In this document: positions 48,002 to 57,565 of the stretch, piece after piece
How positions within the stretch are numbered: position 1 is the first letter of the stretch
How the letters are laid out: every line of letters begins with the position of its first letter
Virus record (IMG/VR): IMGVR_UViG_3300025141_000095
Coordinates: 1 to 59,505 of that record
Strand: one strand, 5' to 3'
Origin: a virus
Lineage: Duplodnaviria; Caudoviricetes
DNA: 59,505 bases
Position numbers and translations under genes: made by a program
The notes under the pieces: generated by a model
What the model saw: the letters and a program-made list of their open reading frames with translations, nothing else
Told to the model about the DNA's origin: nothing
Database searches by the model: none

Positions 48002-48406
48002 CTAGCCTTCATTAGTACTTATTTGCAAAAATGTCGATACTTGAAGGGGCAAAATCGTAAAAAAGACTGTTATTCCCATGAAGTTGGGATCCATATCGCC
48101 AGAAGCCTCAGAAGTAGAAAAATGGATTCGATCTACTCCTATATACGGGAGGTACTTCGCAGACTGCTTTTTAATATCTTTTTCGATGTCGCCAAAAGTA
48201 AGAGGCGAGTTTTGTTCGAATAAATAAGATCGCAGCCCAACCCCAAAATTTGGATGCATTATTCTTTCGCCAGGATTTGTAAGTAAAAGCATTTTAAGAT
48301 TTTGTATGGCTAAATCCTCGTATGTTGTGTTTAAACCATAAGGCCCAAAAGTCGGATCGATTGTTAAAGGAAGAGCCACCGATAAACCTTCATTGTTGGT
48401 AGGCAT
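48002..48406 (-). CDS. gp25: Baseplate wedge subunit / sheath initiator, gp25-like
   Basis: QNLKMLLLTNPGERIMHPNFGVGLRSYLFE is the GPW/gp25 signature; AGGAG SD. Confidence 0.92.
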   Translation of the reverse strand: MPTNNEGLSVALPLTIDPTFGPYGLNTTYEDLAIQNLKMLLLTNPGERIMHPNFGVGLRSYLFEQNSPLTFGDIEKDIKKQSAKYLPYIGVDRIHFSTSEASGDMDPNFMGITVFFTILPLQVSTFLQISTNEG

Positions 48407-48432
48407 ATATAATCATACTCCTTTTTCTAGAA

Positions 48433-48449
48433 TAAATAGAATTCTATTT
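48433..48449. promoter_or_regulatory. Perfect 16-bp palindrome AAATAGAATTCTATTT overlapping a late-promoter-like TCTATTTA
   Basis: Palindrome at 48434-48449 in the gap upstream of gp25. Confidence 0.5.
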
Positions 48450-48463
48450 GCTTTGTTCTATTA

Positions 48464-51400
48464 TTAACAAGAAGAATTCTCTGGCGCTCCTGGTCTAGCG
48501 GGGGGTTCTAGGTTGATTGACTCAAGAATCGCCCGAATTATGAGATATGCGATTCCGAATGGTCCGGGCGGCGCCATAAATATACCAGGAATTGTGCCAG
48601 CAAGGTTAATCCCCTTCAAAGTAAAAGTGGGAAAGGGGCTTATCTCATTAAATGGATCCGAGAAAGACATGTCGCCAAACTCAAGGCATTGATCCGGCAT
48701 ATTGTCATCTGAGTGTGGCCGCATGGCCTTATTTAGCTCACAAAACGCTAGCTGTACGAAGGCCTCGGGATTTACCTCCAGCGCCTTAAGAATGGTGGCT
48801 ATGGGTTGCGGTGCAGTCTCTTCTGCTATAGTGATACCCATCTCCATAGCATCAATAGATTGATTAATGACTTGTCCTGAGATATCTTTGATTATCTTTG
48901 TTATGATCGCGTGGGGATCCAGCATTTCGCACACAGCCTTCAGAACATGGAGAGGCATTTCACGCAATGCTTTTAGAATGAAGCTGCGTACATTAATATA
49001 TGACGGCGAGCCGCCTGCGGGTTCTTGAACACCCGGAAGACCAACTGCCCGATCGGGAGCAATACCAGATTCTCTGGCGCCTATTTCTAGAGTGGTCATA
49101 AATAATCCGGCGGCGCCCACTATAGTATCAGAAAACAAATCTTCCATTCCAGTGGAGAACTTAAGCTCTGTTTGGCAGAAGTTGTTCATCAATAGCGCTA
49201 CAAATGCCGAGTCCTTGTTTATGATCTTTGAAAAGAAGTATTCAAACTTGGGGTAATCAGGTGAGTTTAAGAATGCGCTATAATGACTACGAAGGCTGTG
49301 AGGATCTCCAATGTCGCCCGTGTTTTTGGCAAGGCCGGCCTGTTCGAACACATAGGGCTCTCCAAAGATAAGATCTCCTAGTTGCTCGCTTTCAAATGTC
49401 ATTATTGGTATGCTAGTGGTTATATAATTAGAATCTTTCTCGAGCCAGACCTCGGTCTCGGTAGTGGTCTCCAGCCAATCATCTAGAGGCTCCGCCACCC
49501 AGTGGCCGATTTGCGTGGCCTGCGCATCGGCGACGCTGATGAGTTCGTCGTGCATGCCGTCACTGGTGAACGTCTGCAGGATATCTGGGATGCCATCGCC
49601 TCTCGCAGACGGCTGCAGCGCGGGACCGCCGAGTGCCTGGGGGTCACTCCCGCCGGGTGAGAAAAGCCCGCCGCCGCCAGGGTCGGTCATGTCGCCTCTT
49701 CTGTCTTCAAGATATACATTAGGATCACCATGGAGATCATTTTTCCAACTCCAGACAGCCTCAAGTTGAATGGTCTCTTCAACTGCTCCGCCCGGCTCAT
49801 TAGGATCTGCTTCGGGATCTACAACTTCGATAATTGGAGCCTCCAATGGCGGCGGCGTCGCTACGCAGAACCCCGGGTACCATGCCGCTGCTGAAGCTCC
49901 CGGTGCTTGCAGGTTCGGCCCGAATTGGCCGGTATCGGGATCGTACTCCCAGTCCTCGGAGGCCATGCCGGCGATACACCCATCGCGGATCCAGTCCGGG
50001 GATTGGAGATTTGGAAAAGTTGGTAGATGCCATGGCGTACCGATGCCTCCATGGGTCATATGGGTGTTGGTGGTGGTGGTTGTGGTTGAGCTCATGGTGT
50101 TGCCTAGGCTAATCGGCATAAAAGCTTTCTCTTTGTTTAATGCGGCGTCGCGGCCCTGGTCGGCGGCCGGCCATGGATCTGCTGCTGCGTCGGCGGGGAG
50201 AAGACCGGTATCAAATATTTTCCCTAATGTGTTTAATTTGTCGTTAGTTTCAGAAACGCTTTCAAGGGGAGGATAATATACTAAACGATATTCTGTTTTA
50301 GCTTCCTGTAGTGTCAGGCCCGCCAGGGCGATGTGGAACAAAGTAGCTTCCGTTTGGGCGGCTAGGCTGCTGGCGCCGGTCTGGGAGAGGGCCTCTCTAT
50401 GGGCTTTTATTAAAGTTCGAAGCGGCGCGCTTCCGGGAACGTTCGGGGTGATGATTATTTTCTCTCCGGGATCCTCAGATACTTCAAGTTCTATATCTTC
50501 CTCATCGTTCGACGTAGCATTTTCCCAAGTTATCCATGGTTCAATCTTGAAACAACCATAACCCAAAAGATTTTCAATATTTTTTAGGCTTTGGTTTAAA
50601 TAAAGTGCCCACAGCGGCCTGTTGCTGGGAGTGCTCGCCATTGCCGTGGTCACCGACGGCGACTCGGTATGTCGTGTGAATGGATCAGAAAACCCTATCA
50701 CATCTTTTACAAAAACGTTTTCTATAGATCGAGCACTTGGATTAGCAATCACATTTGCCAGTGGTGCAGCGCACCTCTTCATTCGCCACGCTATCATATA
50801 TTTAATTGCATTATTATTATTAAGCAGTTGCGCGTCAAGATCTGCCGCAGTAGGATCAATTTCTAGTGCCCTAAGAACATCTTCTTCTAGTGCTGTACCG
50901 CGGGCAAGCTTGCGAGCCATCCAATTGTTGGCTTCTTGACCGAAAAGATTTGAAAACGCACCCATGGAGTTTTCAAGCGCGGGGTTGGCTTTCTTTAAAA
51001 AGCGGCTAACGAAACCAAACGTTGTAGTGGTAATAAAGTCCCTAACAACATTTAATCCCATGATTTCCTCTAACTTAAAGGCTGAAAGTATACTAACGTT
51101 TTGTAAATAAAACTTAGTTATCGATATCTGAAGAAACAATAACATTGTGCCAAACAATATACATTTGTTTACTGTTTCTTCCATAGACATATTGTCATTA
51201 CAAGAAGATTCATTATATTCGTCCTGGACATCTTTAATAATACCGATCATGTCCATCAGATCGCCTACCTGGCTTGGATCATTGGGATCGCAATTGCTGT
51301 TGTCTGGCCTAAGCAACATTCCCCCTATAGTATCGGTTGTCCATCTGCCGTTTGCCATGGCATAGTCTATAAAACGCTTAGTAAGGCCCATGTGAGCCGA

Positions 51401-54400
51401 AGGATGATAAAAATCCTTCAAGTGTTCAAAATATTCATCCCAATGTACGTCAGCGACTGTTCCAGGGAAGGGCTCTAAAAAGTTTTTAAATGGCTCGGTA
51501 ACCATGCTGGCAAAAGCTGTTTGGGCCGGGCTAGCATCGCTATGCAGCTCAACATTGTTTAGTGTTTCGGCCCCCAAATTAGCTGACAAATCATCAGCAT
51601 TGTACGCCGGCGCTAACCCGAAACCATAACTACCAGTTAGTACCCTAGGGCCCGTTAACTCGTTCCAGAAGATATCTTTATTGGTGCGCGATTCTATCTC
51701 GTCCAGTGATAAATATTTAATAAAATTTTCTTCGTGGCCGAGAACGGGCGTATATAGGTTTGCGGCCGAGTCATATTGCCAGCTAGCAATACCAGAATTT
51801 CTTATAAAACGATATCTGAGTATGGATGGGAAAGGTGATATCAATGCGTGACTTTGGGCTCTGCCATTCTCGACCTCTGTTCGAGGGGCAGCATGATCGC
51901 GATACCCGAAGCTTGGCCAGCGATGATATAGCCACTCTCCATTTTCATCATGGGCATCCAGCGTCGTTACCAAATCCCGAACTTCCTCTTTAAAGGAGAC
52001 TGGGAAAACTCGTGACATTCCAAGTGGCAATTGGGTGCCGTTGCTGTCTGCGATTTCTTTAAGCTCTTCGCCCAGGTTCGAGGCGCCAGACCAATCTAGA
52101 TTCTGAAAGAGCTCGGCTATTACACTTATAACCGGCGCTAAATCGTCTATGCCGCCGAATATATCTTGAAGTTGTATGCCGCAGTCGGCTATCTCAGCAT
52201 TGACGTCATTAAGGTTACCATCCATTGCGTTGGCGAGCTTCGTTAGCTCGGCCGCGATGTCTCCCATAATTTCGGTGTCGATCTTGGCGTCGCCGCTTTT
52301 GGGCCTATCAGATTGGCCGGCGGCTTCAGCAAGGCATGCTCCGCCAGTCTGTCTAGTTGTCGGCATCAACAAAACAGTTTTAATACCATCCACTGAAAGA
52401 TAAAAAGAAACCCCCAGTATTTCAGCCATGGCCTTCATTAACTGCGGAATCGATCGATCTACTAACGGATTTGGCATGTATCCCGGCTTCGTTGGGCAAG
52501 TTAGATTAATCTCTGGAACTTCAACCACTACCCCGTTTTCTAGCATATCTAATAGATTATTTAGATTGAATGTATCAACCGCGGACAATACCTGCTCTTC
52601 GGTGATGCACAGATCGTCGACGGCCGGGATCATTTCTTCTACCAAAGTTTGACATATGGAATTTATGTCGACCATATCTCCTAAGCAACCAAAAAATGAA
52701 ATAATATCGCTTGAAAGATTTAAGTTATCTGGTATCGGCGGCTCTTCATAAAGAAGATTAAACTCCAAAACAGCTTGAACAGCTTCGTCTGTCGGCGTGC
52801 CTCTCAAAAGTTGACAAATTTCAGTAGGTGTTAAAATTTCAGAAACATCTGCTAAATATTTCATTCCAACAGCGTCGGGTATATTATATGTGCCAAAGCA
52901 TGCATTTAGCCCGTGAGGTTCCCCTAGTAACGGGGGCGCCAGATCTTCTTTATTCCGGGCTGGATCGGTTTCAAACATCTCGCTTAGATCTAGAACCCCG
53001 TGGTTGTCGTCCTCATCAGCGGCCGCTTTGCAGGCTTCTCTAATCATTTCCATCAAAGCCTCTACTAGCGCTGCGGCCGCGCCTAAGAGGGCCTCCAGGA
53101 TTATTTTTTTAATTGCATCTTGCAAGTTTCCGGTTACTGAAAATACCGGGATGTCAACAGTTATTTCTGGAAAGTTAAACTGCATTGGTCGCTTGCGGCC
53201 GGCAAAAAGTTCGCTAGTGGTAGAAACAAGATCTCGTATATCCGACAGCATCCCGCTTGGGTTAAAAGATGAGTTAAGAGTTAGACACCTAATTGCCTCT
53301 ATGATTAATCTATCAATACCTACCTTATGCAGTACGTCTTTGATAATCGTCATTTCTTCGGAATTTTTTATCTCCCGCAGCTTATTCATCACAGTTTTTA
53401 CGACATCTTCGGCTTTCTCTTCATCTTTCGCGGCCTGGTCATTTAACATAAGCCTTCTGTTAGAGATATCTTGTAACGTTCTATTTTGAATGTCTAGGCC
53501 GGGGAAGCTTAGATGCAGTCGATCATCATCTGGGCTCATATAGCCGTGCTTTTTAACTAATTGCCCCACCGGGCCTGGGCCAAAGATTAATAGATCATTC
53601 GCTGCTTCTATCTCGGAGCGAGCCTGGGGGCTGTGAGCAGGGCCGCAGTAATTAATCTCATATGTTCTCAAATGAGAGTTGGCATAATCCTCTATAAAAT
53701 TTATAAATACCTCGTACTGTCTTCCGGGGGGCTTAGCAACAAGTCTTAAAAGCTCATTCCATCGGGTCAAATAGACAATCGATTGAAAATCCGAAAACGG
53801 TTCCACAATGCTATAAGGGAGATACCCCACCTTAACCGGCTGCATGTTGAGGCTTTCGTCGGGCTGCAAATAACCTATAGCTGTAATTTGATAGTCCGCG
53901 TTAACCCAAATTGTAACCTCATCCTCTGGCTTGCCGGGCATGACGTAGCCGTTTAATTTTAAAAGCTCGCCAATGCGCCCAACAAGATCTGCCAATGTGC
54001 GGAATTGAGCTTCAAAATCGATACCAGGAACCACTTGTCCATCAAAAAAGCGCGCTTGATTATGATATTTTGTAAAAAGAGTTTTAATTATCTGCAACTG
54101 TTGGTTGACTTTGGACCAGGAAAAAGTAAGAGCGCGATTGCCCGTGGAGTTCATCAAAATATTTTGTTGTATGTTCCAAAAATCTATTACCTCTGGAAAA
54201 AAAGGAATATCTGATTTAGCCAGGGGCCTCACTGGCTCTTCGTCATACTGGATTGGTATACAGCGATCGGATGCCCAGGTGGGTACGGCATCGCGAACGC
54301 GGCGCAACTGCTCAGCAAAGCCCGGGTCGTCAGGGCACCGTACTAAATTCCTAAGTATGATTTCATCATTAGATATCTGAGGCCAATCAGTCCAAATCGA

Positions 54401-54958
54401 CGAGTACGGTACCGGCGTCGGTGGAATACCAAACTCCGTAACTGCTCCAACACTACTGCGCGCTTCGAATTTGTTCTTATCGATTATCACCAACACGCGA
54501 AGGCGAGACCCTGGTCGATTAGGCATCTTCCAGTCTTCTATTACAAGAGGCCTGGAGCCGGTGCTCCAGCCGCCGGTAAGAGTACTTCGTAATGTTGAAT
54601 TCAAACTCCGGGCCCACTCAGCCGGAGTTGCCGGATACCAGGAAGGCAGATGAGTGCCGGTGTTCATCGTAGGATTGTTTTCCAAATACCGGTCTGGGTT
54701 ATTGATTATATACCACCTTGTGGGGTAGTAATATTTCATGAATCCATTAAAAGCCAGATCTATTATTTGATTTTCTTGTTCGGTGGTCAATGTCGGCGGG
54801 TTATCCGCCCACGGCGCAACTATTACTATGCCACTGACACTCTCGGTCTCTAGGGGCGTTACGGGATTCCCTTCAGAATCCAATACGGGCCTCACAAAAT
54901 CAAAAGGAATGTTTGGGGGTTTATTGATCCAGTCAGTAATAAGTGTTGTATTGCCCAT
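48464..54958 (-). CDS. Very large hypothetical virion protein (2164 aa)
   Basis: Uninterrupted ORF between the spike-like gene and gp25; acidic, largely helical, with amphipathic segments and a hydrophobic C-terminal GIFMAPPGPFGIAYLII. Confidence 0.65.
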   Translation of the reverse strand: MGNTTLITDWINKPPNIPFDFVRPVLDSEGNPVTPLETESVSGIVIVAPWADNPPTLTTEQENQIIDLAFNGFMKYYYPTRWYIINNPDRYLENNPTMNTGTHLPSWYPATPAEWARSLNSTLRSTLTGGWSTGSRPLVIEDWKMPNRPGSRLRVLVIIDKNKFEARSSVGAVTEFGIPPTPVPYSSIWTDWPQISNDEIILRNLVRCPDDPGFAEQLRRVRDAVPTWASDRCIPIQYDEEPVRPLAKSDIPFFPEVIDFWNIQQNILMNSTGNRALTFSWSKVNQQLQIIKTLFTKYHNQARFFDGQVVPGIDFEAQFRTLADLVGRIGELLKLNGYVMPGKPEDEVTIWVNADYQITAIGYLQPDESLNMQPVKVGYLPYSIVEPFSDFQSIVYLTRWNELLRLVAKPPGRQYEVFINFIEDYANSHLRTYEINYCGPAHSPQARSEIEAANDLLIFGPGPVGQLVKKHGYMSPDDDRLHLSFPGLDIQNRTLQDISNRRLMLNDQAAKDEEKAEDVVKTVMNKLREIKNSEEMTIIKDVLHKVGIDRLIIEAIRCLTLNSSFNPSGMLSDIRDLVSTTSELFAGRKRPMQFNFPEITVDIPVFSVTGNLQDAIKKIILEALLGAAAALVEALMEMIREACKAAADEDDNHGVLDLSEMFETDPARNKEDLAPPLLGEPHGLNACFGTYNIPDAVGMKYLADVSEILTPTEICQLLRGTPTDEAVQAVLEFNLLYEEPPIPDNLNLSSDIISFFGCLGDMVDINSICQTLVEEMIPAVDDLCITEEQVLSAVDTFNLNNLLDMLENGVVVEVPEINLTCPTKPGYMPNPLVDRSIPQLMKAMAEILGVSFYLSVDGIKTVLLMPTTRQTGGACLAEAAGQSDRPKSGDAKIDTEIMGDIAAELTKLANAMDGNLNDVNAEIADCGIQLQDIFGGIDDLAPVISVIAELFQNLDWSGASNLGEELKEIADSNGTQLPLGMSRVFPVSFKEEVRDLVTTLDAHDENGEWLYHRWPSFGYRDHAAPRTEVENGRAQSHALISPFPSILRYRFIRNSGIASWQYDSAANLYTPVLGHEENFIKYLSLDEIESRTNKDIFWNELTGPRVLTGSYGFGLAPAYNADDLSANLGAETLNNVELHSDASPAQTAFASMVTEPFKNFLEPFPGTVADVHWDEYFEHLKDFYHPSAHMGLTKRFIDYAMANGRWTTDTIGGMLLRPDNSNCDPNDPSQVGDLMDMIGIIKDVQDEYNESSCNDNMSMEETVNKCILFGTMLLFLQISITKFYLQNVSILSAFKLEEIMGLNVVRDFITTTTFGFVSRFLKKANPALENSMGAFSNLFGQEANNWMARKLARGTALEEDVLRALEIDPTAADLDAQLLNNNNAIKYMIAWRMKRCAAPLANVIANPSARSIENVFVKDVIGFSDPFTRHTESPSVTTAMASTPSNRPLWALYLNQSLKNIENLLGYGCFKIEPWITWENATSNDEEDIELEVSEDPGEKIIITPNVPGSAPLRTLIKAHREALSQTGASSLAAQTEATLFHIALAGLTLQEAKTEYRLVYYPPLESVSETNDKLNTLGKIFDTGLLPADAAADPWPAADQGRDAALNKEKAFMPISLGNTMSSTTTTTTNTHMTHGGIGTPWHLPTFPNLQSPDWIRDGCIAGMASEDWEYDPDTGQFGPNLQAPGASAAAWYPGFCVATPPPLEAPIIEVVDPEADPNEPGGAVEETIQLEAVWSWKNDLHGDPNVYLEDRRGDMTDPGGGGLFSPGGSDPQALGGPALQPSARGDGIPDILQTFTSDGMHDELISVADAQATQIGHWVAEPLDDWLETTTETEVWLEKDSNYITTSIPIMTFESEQLGDLIFGEPYVFEQAGLAKNTGDIGDPHSLRSHYSAFLNSPDYPKFEYFFSKIINKDSAFVALLMNNFCQTELKFSTGMEDLFSDTIVGAAGLFMTTLEIGARESGIAPDRAVGLPGVQEPAGGSPSYINVRSFILKALREMPLHVLKAVCEMLDPHAIITKIIKDISGQVINQSIDAMEMGITIAEETAPQPIATILKALEVNPEAFVQLAFCELNKAMRPHSDDNMPDQCLEFGDMSFSDPFNEISPFPTFTLKGINLAGTIPGIFMAPPGPFGIAYLIIRAILESINLEPPARPGAPENSSC

Positions 54959-54964
54959 AATATT

Positions 54965-56068
54965 CTAGTTGGTTTTGTTCAGCGGACTCAAAATAAACTT
55001 TGCACCGCCGGCGATCAGTTCGTCGACTTTTTGAGTTTCATCAGCTTGCATTTGCCCATAAAGCTGAGTTTCAGCCTGTGTTACCAATTTTATCAGATTC
55101 TCTATTCCCGCCTTGGCAGCAGTTGGAGATAGGGATGTCCATCCAATAACTGGTCCAAAATGTGAATGATGGAGAAGTTCTCGATTAAAGTCTTTTTGAT
55201 GAAGTAGAAAAGTGTGAAGTATCTCCCTGTTGTTTTTTATTTGTGTGTATACTTTTTGCAACGCTTCTACAAGGTAATCACCCAACACCATGGGTTGCAG
55301 ATTCTCAGGATCGTTTTGTGCAACAAGATGTATGCCGTAGTTAATGTCCGTGGTGCCACCTTGGGCGTTTTCCCTGTCTGTGCCCGTTACCAGCTTAATA
55401 TCTTCGCGACTTACAAGTCGAATCACATCAGCTTTAACTGCTACACACGAAGCCGGACGCGTCCAAGTGGTCGAGCATATTCCCTCATCTAGCTTCAAAT
55501 AATGATCAATATCAGATTTTTGTGAGATATAAACCCTAGCCGCATCCAAAGTAAAGCTGGGGTTTACATAAATAACCTCATTCTTTTTATCTTTTTTGGC
55601 CGCTCTCGCTCCCATGCGGCCGGCTACCAAGTCGATAGCATAAGAGTGTGTATCTCCGGCCCCTCCAGCGCCGGTTCCAATATTGCCCGGGCGGTCACCC
55701 CCTAAAACGATCCAGGCATTTCCATTCTGTATAACATCTTCTGATTCACATGCTATAAAGTTCGGTACATCAGTGGGGGGGCGCTTTGTTCCGCCGCCGC
55801 CGAAAGTATCTAGGGGGTCTAATGAATCCAGCCACTCCTGGGTTTCTGGGGATGCCGGCCGGGTGATTGGGCTTTTTTGATTACCGGCCGAGCGATCCGT
55901 GGGGCGTTTCTTCTTGCCAAAAACACCTGATTCGGTTTCCATCTTTGCTGCTTTGGCATAATCTTCTTCGGCCTGCTGGGCCTGGCGGGCCCGGGCTCGG
56001 CTCTCCTTGCCGGCTAAGTCGCGACCCATTTGTTGTTGCGGGTCGTAGGGGTCTGTAGGATCAGCCAT
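54965..56068 (-). CDS. Putative baseplate central spike protein (likely start 56068)
   Basis: Short beta-strand repeats (NAWIVLGGDRPG, IDLVAGR, VAVKADVIRLVSREDIKLVTG) followed by an HSH motif like the metal-binding HxH of myophage spikes; adjacent to tail lysozyme. Confidence 0.55.
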   Translation of the reverse strand: MADPTDPYDPQQQMGRDLAGKESRARARQAQQAEEDYAKAAKMETESGVFGKKKRPTDRSAGNQKSPITRPASPETQEWLDSLDPLDTFGGGGTKRPPTDVPNFIACESEDVIQNGNAWIVLGGDRPGNIGTGAGGAGDTHSYAIDLVAGRMGARAAKKDKKNEVIYVNPSFTLDAARVYISQKSDIDHYLKLDEGICSTTWTRPASCVAVKADVIRLVSREDIKLVTGTDRENAQGGTTDINYGIHLVAQNDPENLQPMVLGDYLVEALQKVYTQIKNNREILHTFLLHQKDFNRELLHHSHFGPVIGWTSLSPTAAKAGIENLIKLVTQAETQLYGQMQADETQKVDELIAGGAKFILSPLNKTN

Positions 56069-57269
56069 ATGGACTATCCTCCGCAGAAGTTGTCTCGGCA
56101 ACAGACGCGTCCTCGTCAGGGTTCCAGGAGGTTACGAGGTCGTGTATTTTCTCTGCCAAATCGCCCCTCTCGATTGTTGAAGAGTCGCCGGCGCCGCAGT
56201 GTTTACATCTTTCAAACTTTATAGCTATTTGTTCGCCCCAATTTTTCGCGGTGCCGCCGCTGCTCACACCACTGCCAAATAGTCTTTTCATTTCGCCGGC
56301 TATCCAAGCAAATTGTTTGTTTTCATCGGTGATCGCTTCATAAAGCTCTTCTTTTTGATCGGTACCGTAAAGATTAAAAGCCTTGGCGAATGAGCCGCCG
56401 CCGCCGGTCTCTGAACAAACGTTTAACTGCCAATATCCAAACGAACAAGTCCATTCTCCGCCCACGAGCATCGCATGATTCTTTGGATCTGGCGCCTTAC
56501 GTGTATCGCCGGCGGCCGAAACATCGTATCCGGATTCTTTCTTTGCATTAGCGGCCAAGCCGGCGAGGAATTCTTCAGAAAAGCCGGAGAAATGAGGGCT
56601 ATCCTGCAGTTTTGTAAAAAATGTTACATCGCCTGGTCTCGCTTTCTGCGGCTTTGGTTGGATTCCCATACCAAATCTTGGGGCCATGGCGTCTCTGAAG
56701 CTCCTATCGATTTTGCCGCCTGGTAATAAGATCTGTTTGTTGGTCACTTCTGCAAGAACTACACATCCGCTTTTGCTCGGATCGCCCTCAAAACGCACTA
56801 TTTGGCCATTGGGAGGCGCCACTGCTTCCAAGAAAGAGCCTGGTAGTGGAATCCCTTCCTTCATAAGCCCCGTACGGCCATGGTGCTTACCTTTGCGCTT
56901 GCTGACACTTTCGGGAGGTTCCATTGCCCCGTGATAGATGTCTATAAAAACCTTATATGTATAATATTTTTGGTCCCCGTCGGATGCATCCTGCGAATAG
57001 GCCGCTCTGACGGCCTCGGCATCATCACAACGAGAAGGATTTTTGTTGGCTTGTGAACTCAATATCATGCATAACTGAGGCCTTGGGCTGACAGTTCCCT
57101 TAGATATGTCGGGGCTGATCACCTCGCTAATAGCACGGCCTGTGAGAAGGAGCGGGTTAGACCGACGAGGGTCGGTCGCGCCGACAGCTTGGGCCTGGTC
57201 AACTGCGGCTTCGAGATAGCTGCTATTTATATCTCCAAATTTAATATCACTAACCTTTGTGTAAGCCAC
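56061..57269 (-). CDS. Baseplate hub-region protein with C-terminal phage tail lysozyme domain (402 aa)
   Basis: AGLAANAKKESG...AAGD...SFGYWQLN...QFAWIAGEM...KFERC...RGDLA matches the phage tail lysozyme (Phage_lysozyme2-type) pattern. Confidence 0.75.
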   Translation of the reverse strand: MAYTKVSDIKFGDINSSYLEAAVDQAQAVGATDPRRSNPLLLTGRAISEVISPDISKGTVSPRPQLCMILSSQANKNPSRCDDAEAVRAAYSQDASDGDQKYYTYKVFIDIYHGAMEPPESVSKRKGKHHGRTGLMKEGIPLPGSFLEAVAPPNGQIVRFEGDPSKSGCVVLAEVTNKQILLPGGKIDRSFRDAMAPRFGMGIQPKPQKARPGDVTFFTKLQDSPHFSGFSEEFLAGLAANAKKESGYDVSAAGDTRKAPDPKNHAMLVGGEWTCSFGYWQLNVCSETGGGGSFAKAFNLYGTDQKEELYEAITDENKQFAWIAGEMKRLFGSGVSSGGTAKNWGEQIAIKFERCKHCGAGDSSTIERGDLAEKIHDLVTSWNPDEDASVAETTSAEDSPYG

Positions 57270-57565
57270 TAGCCTTCTTCCTTGTTGAGCATATCATAAA
57301 GGTCTTCTTTGTCCTCTTCTGATAAGCCAGCAACAGTGCCGTGCTGCTTTTGTAGCAACGCGGTTAACTTAACCATTTGTTCATTTGAGCGCTGCAGGTT
57401 TTCGACATATTTGGCCGCTATCGAGCCAAGTTCGCGTCTTGCGACGTCGCTGCCTTTCATATCTGTCATCGCATCCAAAAGAAGTGACTTGGCTAGCGCA
57501 CGATCTTCCTTGATGTTGCGCGTTGCCTCATCAATGTATTCTTCTATATTTCGCCGCTTTCCCAT
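57269..57565 (-). CDS. Small helical hypothetical protein (98 aa)
   Basis: Overlaps both neighbours; coiled-coil composition. Confidence 0.65.
   Translation of the reverse strand: MGKRRNIEEYIDEATRNIKEDRALAKSLLLDAMTDMKGSDVARRELGSIAAKYVENLQRSNEQMVKLTALLQKQHGTVAGLSEEDKEDLYDMLNKEEG

Noticed and set aside
5-56934. Numerous plus-strand ORFs in the track (e.g. 20693..21301, 15704..16171, 49770..50276, 53004..53489)
   Set aside because: All lie antisense to long, motif-bearing minus-strand genes and have no recognisable motifs; treated as shadow ORFs.
57269-57565. Terminase small subunit assignment for the 98-aa helical protein
   Set aside because: Only general helical character supports it, and it is far from the large subunit.
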